A stretch of DNA of 64,000 nucleotides from Candidatus Hodarchaeaceae archaeon (GTDB lineage Archaea; Hadarchaeota; Hadarchaeia; Hadarchaeales; Hadarchaeaceae). The notes beneath the pieces were generated by a model. It searched no databases. It had not been told where the DNA came from and saw only the letters and a list, made by a program, of their open reading frames with translations. The stretch is from positions 27,083 through 91,082 of the forward strand of contig JASEGJ010000003.1 in the NCBI GenBank assembly GCA_030018135.1. The letters are read 5' to 3'. Of this stretch, positions 57,467 to 64,000 are shown piece after piece. Numbering within the stretch: the first letter of the stretch is position 1; each line of letters begins with the position of its first letter. The position numbers and the translations under genes were made by a program.

Positions 57467-57495
57467 ACGGCAAAAGGTGAAGGCCGGGGTCGAAG

Positions 57496-59049
57496 ATGAA
57501 GGTAGTTGCGAGCGAGGAAGCTGTAGGTCGCATAAAAAATGGGGATACGGTCGCAACTGGCGGTTTCACAACGACCAACCTTCCGTGGGAACTCTTCCAC
57601 GCGTTGAGGAACAGATTTCTCAAAACGGGCAAACCGAGAGACCTAACGATCATACAGCCCGCGGGCCAATCTGGAGGTAAAGGAGTCGGATTCGATCTCT
57701 TGGGCATCGAAGGCCTTATTAAAAAAATGATATTCACCCACTCCGGAAAGGCTCCGATGACAAGCGATTTGATAATGAACAACAAGATCATCGCTTATTG
57801 TCTCCCGCAGGGTGTAATCTCTCAAATGTTCAGGGACATTGCCGCAAAAAAACCATATTTGATAACGCACACGGGCTTGTACACATTCGTGGATCCTCGG
57901 GTCGATGGGGGCAAGGTAAACGATATCACAAAGAAAGAGGAAGACATAGTCAAACTGGTTGAGGTAGACGGCAGGGAATATTTGCTTTATAAAACTTTCC
58001 CGGTAGATTTCGCCCTAATTCGGGGGACGACTTCGGACGAAAAGGGCAACATTTCAATGGAAAAGGAAGGAGTAACCCTCGAAAACCTATCCATAGCTCA
58101 AGCGACGAAAAATTCCGGGGGAACCGTGGCCGTTCAGGTGGAGAAGGTCATCGAAGGACTCTTGCCGGGCAGGACGGTCAAGGTCCCCGGGATTCTTGTG
58201 GATTATGTTGTGATAGCCTCGAAACCCGAGTACGGCTGGCAGACCGTTCGCATATCACACGATCCAGCCATCAGCGGTGAAACGAGAATTCCCCCATCCG
58301 CGGTTGAACCTAGGCCGCTCGACGAGAGAAAGGTCATCGGTAGGAGGGCGGCCATGGAAATAAGACCCGGCGATGTCATAAACCTCGGCATCGGGATGGC
58401 CACGGAGGTCGCCAATGTCGCAATGGAGGAAAACGTCTACGAAGAATTCACGCTGACTGTCGAGTCGGGCGTAACGGGCGGTGTCCCCCTCTCCGCCCTA
58501 GATTTCGGGCTCGGGGTGAACTACGAGGCCCTCATCGATCAACCCTATCAATTCGATTTCTATCAGGGTGGAGGATTGGATTTGGGCTTCCTGGGAATGG
58601 CCCAAGCCGACGAAAAGGGAAACACAAACGTGAGCAAATTCGGTGGAAGGTTTGCAGGTTGCGGCGGTTTTATCGATATCGCCCAGAACGCCAAGAAAGT
58701 CGTCTTTTGCGGGACCTTGACCACGAAGGGCCTTCAGGTGGAAGTCGGAGATGGGAGATTGAAAATTTTGCAGGAGGGATCGGTCAAGAAATTCGTAAAA
58801 AATGTGGAGCACATTACATTTAGCGGCGAGTACGCGAGAAAGCTCGGACAAGAAGTTTTGTACGTCACCGAAAGGGCCGTTTTCAGGCTCGGTAGGGATG
58901 GCATGATGTTGGAGGAAATCGCGCCCGGAGTCGATCTAAAGAAGGACGTCCTTGACAAGATGGAATTTTCTCCAATCGTCTCGGATGAACTTAGGACTAT
59001 GGACGAAAAAATATTCAAAAAGGAGAAAATAGGAATTCTACTGACCTAG
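57496..59049 (+). CDS. Acyl-CoA:acetate/propionate CoA-transferase (YdiF/Pct type)
   Basis: LPQGVI, TFVDPR, NLGIGM, LTVESG, DFYQGGGLD, GCGGFIDI, YVTERAVF. Confidence 0.92.
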   Translation: MKVVASEEAVGRIKNGDTVATGGFTTTNLPWELFHALRNRFLKTGKPRDLTIIQPAGQSGGKGVGFDLLGIEGLIKKMIFTHSGKAPMTSDLIMNNKIIAYCLPQGVISQMFRDIAAKKPYLITHTGLYTFVDPRVDGGKVNDITKKEEDIVKLVEVDGREYLLYKTFPVDFALIRGTTSDEKGNISMEKEGVTLENLSIAQATKNSGGTVAVQVEKVIEGLLPGRTVKVPGILVDYVVIASKPEYGWQTVRISHDPAISGETRIPPSAVEPRPLDERKVIGRRAAMEIRPGDVINLGIGMATEVANVAMEENVYEEFTLTVESGVTGGVPLSALDFGLGVNYEALIDQPYQFDFYQGGGLDLGFLGMAQADEKGNTNVSKFGGRFAGCGGFIDIAQNAKKVVFCGTLTTKGLQVEVGDGRLKILQEGSVKKFVKNVEHITFSGEYARKLGQEVLYVTERAVFRLGRDGMMLEEIAPGVDLKKDVLDKMEFSPIVSDELRTMDEKIFKKEKIGILLT

Positions 59050-59127
59050 GGAAGACATCTCGTTTTTCATTTCGCCGGCCTCGCTTCCTATTTAACCTGA
59101 TTTAAAACATTACAAAAGTGTGATCTG

Positions 59128-60507
59128 GTGTTAGTCAAAAATGAAAGGCAATTACTTGAAAGAGCCAAGACCCCGGAGCTTCGGAAAGCGAGGGGCATTC
59201 TCATTGAGATAGTGAATAGGGCAATTTCCTCTGCTGACCCGTCTTCTGCGATGCGCCGTCGGTTGAGGTTGGTTGAGGGACGCTTGAGGGTCGGGGCTCA
59301 CGAGTTTGACCTCTCGGAGGTTGGAAAGATCATCGTGGTGGGTGGCGGAAAGGCGAGCGGGAACATGGCCGAGGTGCTAGAGGAAATACTCGGAGATAGG
59401 ATAACGGGAGGCGTGGTCAACGTCCCGGAGGGCGCGGCGTCGAGATGCGAAACGCGAAAGATCAAGCTCGTCGAAGCTGGCCACCCCCTCCCAACCGAGG
59501 CGGGAGTAGGGGGCGCCGAAGAGATGATAGATCTAGTTAGCGACCTCGAGCCACAGGACCTCGTTATATGTCTCCTGAGTGGGGGTGGCTCGGCCCTCGT
59601 CACCCTCCCCGCGGAAGGGATTTCTCTGGATGAGCTGCGGGAGACGACCCAACTGCTCCTCAAAAGCGGGGCGACTATTCAAGAGGTGAACGCCGTCAGG
59701 AAACACCTCTCTAGGATAAAAGGTGGCCAGCTGGCCAAAGCGGCCTATCCCGCGAAGGTCATCACCTTGCTCATTTCGGATGTGGTTGGCGACAGACTGG
59801 ACACAATCGCGAGCGGCCCGACCTATCCCGATTCGACAACATATTCGGACGCGTTGGCGGTGATTGAAAGATATGAGATACTCAAAAAGGTGCCTGTGAG
59901 CATTTTAAGGCACCTGAGATTGGGGGCAGAAGGGAAGGTACCCGAGACCCCAAAACCTGGTGAGAAATATTTTCTGAACACGCTCCACGAGGTCATAGCG
60001 AGCAACGCGGATGCGGTCGGGGCGGCTGCGGAAGTCGGGAGATCGCACGGCTTCAACGTCTCGGTGCTCACGGCGACCATGCACGGCGAGGCGCGTGAGG
60101 TCGGAGCGCATCTCGCAGCCGTCGCGAAAGATGTGATGGAGACAGGCAAACCCGTATCAAGGCCCGCGCTTCTGATCTCTGGAGGGGAGACGACGGTGAC
60201 GGTAAAGGGCGAGGGTACGGGTGGGCGAAATCAGGAGCTCGCGCTCAGCGCCGCTATAGGGATATCGGGCTTGAGGAACGTGGCCGTGGCTTCATTCAGC
60301 ACCGATGGAATAGACGGCCCGACTGATGCTGCTGGAGCTGTCGTGGATGGATTCACCATCGAAAGGGCAAGGCATCTCATGCTTGATCCCGTGGCTTATC
60401 TCGAGCGGAATGACTCCTACAGCTTCTTCAAGGGGCTTGAGGACCTCTTGGTAACTGGGCCCACAGGGACGAATGTTATGGATGTAACGTGCTTGATCCT
60501 GATCTGA
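59128..60507 (+). CDS. gck: Glycerate 2-kinase (class II, MOFRL family)
   Basis: GGGKAS, AGHPLP, LSGGGSAL, RKHLSRIKGG, IASGPT, GGETTV, GGRNQE, TDGIDG, TGTNVMD. Confidence 0.92.
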   Translation: MLVKNERQLLERAKTPELRKARGILIEIVNRAISSADPSSAMRRRLRLVEGRLRVGAHEFDLSEVGKIIVVGGGKASGNMAEVLEEILGDRITGGVVNVPEGAASRCETRKIKLVEAGHPLPTEAGVGGAEEMIDLVSDLEPQDLVICLLSGGGSALVTLPAEGISLDELRETTQLLLKSGATIQEVNAVRKHLSRIKGGQLAKAAYPAKVITLLISDVVGDRLDTIASGPTYPDSTTYSDALAVIERYEILKKVPVSILRHLRLGAEGKVPETPKPGEKYFLNTLHEVIASNADAVGAAAEVGRSHGFNVSVLTATMHGEAREVGAHLAAVAKDVMETGKPVSRPALLISGGETTVTVKGEGTGGRNQELALSAAIGISGLRNVAVASFSTDGIDGPTDAAGAVVDGFTIERARHLMLDPVAYLERNDSYSFFKGLEDLLVTGPTGTNVMDVTCLILI

Positions 60508-60786
60508 TGCTCCGAGGCTGAAGGTACGTATTAACTTGGTCCATTCAACTTATGTCAACTTTTTCAGCTTTGGTGGATAGCGTTTGAGTCGTCCCGGAGT
60601 ATTTTCATCCATTTTATCGATTTTATCGGGCTAACCAGAGTAGCGCGCCGGGTTCGTCAATACCCCCGTTGACGAGCAGCCACGAGACAGTGTTGGAGAT
60701 TTAAGAAATACGTAAAACACTCTGATAAAAACGGTGATTAGGGAGGGAACAGTGAAACTGGCGCAGTGTTCGAGAGGGGAGAAAAA

Positions 60787-61242
60787 TTAGTAACTCCTTC
60801 TACTTCGGCCCCTATATCCTCCCTTGAATCCGCCGCCGTACCTCGGCCTGAACCCCCCGCGCTGCTGCTCCGCGGCGCTGACATCGACTTCCGTGTTGAC
60901 ATTTGGTATATCCTTGTCGGATTTTGTCATCTTGCCGTATTTCCCGACGTTGAGGTGCATGTGGCCCCGCACGAGCGAGACGTATCCATTCTCTATGGAC
61001 AGGACATCTCCCTCGTTGACCGACCCGATTTGGTCCTGCCACAGGGAGAGTATAATCGTCCCGGTTTCGTCGCCCACCCTGGCCTCCGCCACCTTCCTTG
61101 CTTCTCCGCCGAATCTGCTGGGGATCTCTTTTGGCTCCCCGACACCCGTGACCTTCACCAAGACGTTTACTTTATCCGATGCTGGCGTCAGATCTTTTAC
61201 CTTTGTTACTCCAACTGGGCTCCCTTCCATTTTCCTTTCCAT
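60787..61242 (-). CDS. ssb: Single-OB-fold single-stranded DNA-binding protein with Gly/Arg tail
   Basis: KVKDL, VGDETGTI..LW, IENGYV, LNVGKYG; RGGFRPRYGGG tail. Confidence 0.88.
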   Translation of the reverse strand: MERKMEGSPVGVTKVKDLTPASDKVNVLVKVTGVGEPKEIPSRFGGEARKVAEARVGDETGTIILSLWQDQIGSVNEGDVLSIENGYVSLVRGHMHLNVGKYGKMTKSDKDIPNVNTEVDVSAAEQQRGGFRPRYGGGFKGGYRGRSRRSY

Positions 61243-61384
61243 TCTATCCCTTTCTCCCTTGTGCGTGCTACTATAAAAATTGGTTGTGCATGAAACTTTC
61301 TAGCAAATGTCGTGAATTGAATTGTTGAAAATCGTGGAGTTAGGGGGAAAGTTTATTTTTTATATACGAGTTCGTATTTTACGC

Positions 61385-61535
61385 CGACGCCCATCGCTCC
61401 TATTAATTACGTTTACGTCGCTTTCTTTGGCTGGATGAGGAAGATGACTATCGGTTGAGAAACCACTATTTTGTGAGTGGTGCCCCGGGCGAGATGCACA
61501 CTATAGTTTACATCCATCGCCCGGGCGGGATTTTT
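61385..61535 (+). other. Structured intergenic segment, candidate ncRNA
   Basis: Hairpins ACCACT/AGTGGT (61462-61481) and CCCGGGCGA/TCGCCCGGG (61484-61525) followed by a T-run; TATA-like element at about 61350-61366. Confidence 0.3.
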
Positions 61536-61629
61536 GCTTCTTCCATACAATTTTCAGGCAAAAATTGGGCAATAATCGAGCAGCTCAAAAGCAATTTTCA
61601 GGTAAAGAGAAATCGAGATTATCGGCCGT

Positions 61630-62127
61630 TTAGAGATTCTTGAAACTTTGATGTCGAGCCGGTCGCATGCGAGAGTGGCTTAAATCCCCTCGCAGTTTTA
61701 CCGGTCGATTTCTATAGCTTATCGATGGTTGCAGCACTTTCTCAAACTTTTGCAAGATCTCCTCATCAAATGAAGCCAGCATACATTTCTTTTCAGATGC
61801 GAGCTGGACAATAACGGCATCGGCCCCCCGCAATCCGTACTTGATGGCAATCAACTGCGCCTCATCGGCCCTCTTTTTGTCAAGTTCCTCGATAGTGATG
61901 AATCCACCCTTTGCCCAACTGGTGAATCTCTTCCTTATCCGTTTAGCGTACTTGGGCCCCACGACCCTACCCATGGCCCCGACGACTTCAACCAGTGCCA
62001 GACAACTCACAAAGGCGCGGTACTTGGTCCCGATTTGTTCGATAACCGCATGCGCCTGCCCGTGAAATGGGTCACCAACTTTGAACGCAGCGATGAATAC
62101 GGAGGAGTCTACAACGAGTTCATCCAT
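61630..62127 (-). CDS. vapC: PIN-domain toxin (VapC)
   Basis: LVVDSSVF, LVEV, LRGADA, LASFDEE. Confidence 0.88.
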   Translation of the reverse strand: MDELVVDSSVFIAAFKVGDPFHGQAHAVIEQIGTKYRAFVSCLALVEVVGAMGRVVGPKYAKRIRKRFTSWAKGGFITIEELDKKRADEAQLIAIKYGLRGADAVIVQLASEKKCMLASFDEEILQKFEKVLQPSISYRNRPVKLRGDLSHSRMRPARHQSFKNL

Positions 62128-62371
62128 GTTTTCCGCGCTCGCGTCTGACGATTTCAACCGCGGTCATCCCCCTGGGCCACTTGCCTCTTAGCTCTCGTGC
62201 TATTTCCTTTACATCCTCCGCCATCGGCCTCTGTACAGTCAGAAGAATGCCTTTTTGGCTTTCTTTTAACAACAACTTGGTCCCCTTCTCAATCCGATAC
62301 TTTCTCCTCAAAGCTTTGGGGATTACTACCTGCCCTTTGGAGCTGATGCTTACGGTTTTTTCTTCTACCAT
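62120..62371 (-). CDS. vapB: AbrB/MazE-type antitoxin (VapB)
   Basis: ISSKGQVVIPKALRRKYRIEKGTKL; overlaps vapC. Confidence 0.9.
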   Translation of the reverse strand: MVEEKTVSISSKGQVVIPKALRRKYRIEKGTKLLLKESQKGILLTVQRPMAEDVKEIARELRGKWPRGMTAVEIVRRERGKHG

Positions 62372-62392
62372 ACATCTCCCCACTTTTAATAG

Positions 62393-62434
62393 GTAAGACG
62401 AAAATTTAAATCTTACTAGAACTTACTTCTTACT
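62393..62434 (-). promoter_or_regulatory. vapBC promoter/autoregulatory operator
   Basis: IR GTAAGA...TCTTAC around TTTAAAT, plus CTTACT repeated three times. Confidence 0.45.
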
Positions 62435-62519
62435 TCTAAAAGTGCAAACATCAAGCAGTAATTAGACGGCTCCTTCGCCAAAAAAAGGGCTCAAATATTT
62501 TTCAGTTTATGTTTTTTAC

Positions 62520-62539
62520 TGGCGGGCCGGGCGGGATTC
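62520..62539 (-). other. tRNA 3'-end fragment (att-like site; tRNA-Lys-like)
   Basis: Minus strand GAATCCCGCCCGGCCCGCCA = T-loop half + T-stem + acceptor 3' strand + G73 + CCA; no 5' half of the tRNA present. Confidence 0.75.
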
Positions 62540-62576
62540 ATATGAGTTTTGGGGTCGAGTCTCTCCTCTTCAGGTG

Positions 62577-62813
62577 TCATTTTTTAGCCCTCGCCTTAAG
62601 CGGCACCACGAGAACCTGAACCAAGTCGCCGATTTCTAGCTCCGTTGACTCTCGCTCGGCGTCGGGGATCGTGATCCGGTAGCCCTCAACGATCCTCGCC
62701 TTGAACACCGCGTTCTCCCGTGCAACCTCGAGCACGGCCTCCCTCAGATCCCTCCGCAGTTCCTTGACGTTCGGAGCGGCGGCGGCAAGGAGCTTTGCGA
62801 TGCTTTCCACCAT
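62577..62813 (-). CDS. AbrB/SpoVT-domain regulator of integrated element
   Basis: FKARIVEGYRITIPDAERE..LEIGDLVQVLV; GAGGTGA SD. Confidence 0.75.
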   Translation of the reverse strand: MVESIAKLLAAAAPNVKELRRDLREAVLEVARENAVFKARIVEGYRITIPDAERESTELEIGDLVQVLVVPLKARAKK

Positions 62814-62950
62814 TTATCACCTCTTTTCGGTTTTTTTGGTTTTAAATTGTATTTTAAAGTATATAAAGTTTATTGATGTAAACTTGATAAAACAAAATAC
62901 GTATTTTGTTTTTCCTCACGCTTAAGAAAATCAATCTTGATTATCGTTTG

Positions 62951-63424
62951 ATGACCAGGAGAAAAGTCGCACGTGGTTGGCGAACTTGGTATCCATGGAC
63001 GACTGGGATGTTCATCAGGAGGTACTTGCTCGAAAAAGGCGAAGCGTATATCCACGAAACTTGGATGGCTTTCGCGCGAGCGCTAAAGGAGGCAGGGATC
63101 GAGTGGTGGGGAACATACACGAGCTTCCGACGGTATTTCTACATGCTCGAGCGCTTAGGGCTAATCTGGTTCGTAAGATCCGAGCCAGGGCTTAAACCCG
63201 AACTCCAGCCACGAAGGTACTACGCGGTCGTCCCCGAATTCGCCGATCTGATCGAGGCGTGGGTCAGGCCGCAAGTCGTGCTTTATCCCGAAACCGTTTG
63301 GGGGCGAAAGGACTACTCGAAGAAGGTCGAGGAAGCAAGAAAAGAGGGGATAACTATTCGAGAACTAACGCTCCGGGAGAGGCCCGAGCTCGCAGCCCTG
63401 AGGGCCAGATTGCGAATTTATTGA
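62951..63424 (+). CDS. Hypothetical winged-helix-like protein
   Basis: TYTSFRRYFYMLERLGLIWFVR..PRRYY wing-like pattern. Confidence 0.6.
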   Translation: MTRRKVARGWRTWYPWTTGMFIRRYLLEKGEAYIHETWMAFARALKEAGIEWWGTYTSFRRYFYMLERLGLIWFVRSEPGLKPELQPRRYYAVVPEFADLIEAWVRPQVVLYPETVWGRKDYSKKVEEARKEGITIRELTLRERPELAALRARLRIY

Positions 63425-63642
63425 AAATATAATGCTGAACTCTTCTCAAAGGCTCAGTGAATGGATTATTAAACCCCCCTTTTTCTCGGTTTTCCTCGGA
63501 ATCCGTGAGTTAGGATGATTTTTTCCTTTTGAAAAATCTCTGGAAAACGTTCGTCTCACCGGCGAAGCGTACCCTCTTGGAGACTTTTCCCCATCGCAGA
63601 TACCTCTTCATCAAAGGGAGGATAGCCCAAGCTAAACCCACA

Positions 63643-64000
63643 GTAGAGTTCGACGCTTGATGCTCAGCTAAGATGGGATCGAGCAAACTCGTATCAGGTC
63701 TAGTAGCCGATTTCTTCCGAGTCTGAAGTTTAGCCCCGTCACTTCGGCGGGCGTTCGCTTCGGGCCTTGATGGGTCCTCACGAAGTTGTAGATGAACCTC
63801 CTCAAGCTCAGGAAAGCCTCGGCTGAGGCAAAGCTCTTGAAATGCCGCATGATTTTGTAACGCTGTTTGATATCCCCATTGTGACGTTCGACTGGATTGT
63901 TGTTGTACTCTAACCCGTATTGCTTACACGCTATGGGTACTCCGAAAACCAGCTTGGCTACGCGATAGAAGTACCGGTTGAAAGCCGTGCGGTACTGCCA
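63643..64000 (-). mobile_element. Insertion sequence with DDE transposase (IS6/IS1-like), truncated by window edge; CDS stop at 63668
   Basis: NNNPVERHNGDIKQRYKIMRHFKS...YNFVRTH..RTPAE; candidate end GTAGAGTTCGAC at about 63643. Confidence 0.75.

Noticed and set aside
60654-60682. IS200/IS605 end or omega-RNA (HEARO) start (GTCAA..CCCC..GTTGAC)
   Set aside because: Too short, and no tnpB/iscB nearby
62520-62600. Full tRNA gene
   Set aside because: Only the 3' 20 nt are present; no D-arm, anticodon arm or 5' acceptor strand, so reported as an att-like fragment
1-64000. CRISPR array, rRNA, selenoprotein UGA read-through
   Set aside because: No regularly spaced repeats, rRNA-like sequence or in-frame UGA at a conserved Cys position was noticed by eye

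Overview
Window from the chromosome of an anaerobic archaeon. Archaeal markers include the F420-dependent NADP reductase, archaeal Trm11, RNase Z, a SAMP/JAMM pair, eL41/eS32, ADP-forming acyl-CoA ligase, IorAB and two tungsten-type aldehyde oxidoreductases; the gene content is Hadarchaeota/Euryarchaeota-like, which is inference only. Layout: 0-16.4 kb is a metal/Fe-S region (permeases, a class C radical SAM, feoAB-dtxR with a perfect operator palindrome, and an Orp-like cluster with DUF134, Trp/Pro-rich microproteins, NifB/NifX proteins, two MinD-ferredoxin ATPases, DUF89, Mrp, DUF364 and thioredoxin, plus several decayed genes). 16.4-26 kb is housekeeping, including an eL41/eS32 gene missing from the ORF track. 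26-34 kb is the complete acetyl-cycle arginine operon argGHCJBDF. 34-51.5 kb holds the AOR modules, sufCB, an amidohydrolase-ACD-iorAB operon, uppS, engB, FTR and glmM. 51.7-55.2 kb is a recombinase-less cassette carrying a frameshifted type IIG R-M gene, bounded by 14-bp direct repeats and telomere-like 15-bp inverted repeats; this is the top finding. 55.4-60.5 kb has a thiolase, a DUF35-OB/FabG fusion, a CoA-transferase and glycerate kinase. 60.8-64 kb has SSB, a vapBC pair, a tRNA 3'-end att-like site and the start of an integrated element with a DDE transposase cut by the window edge. All calls come from motif recognition by eye; no database searches were run.
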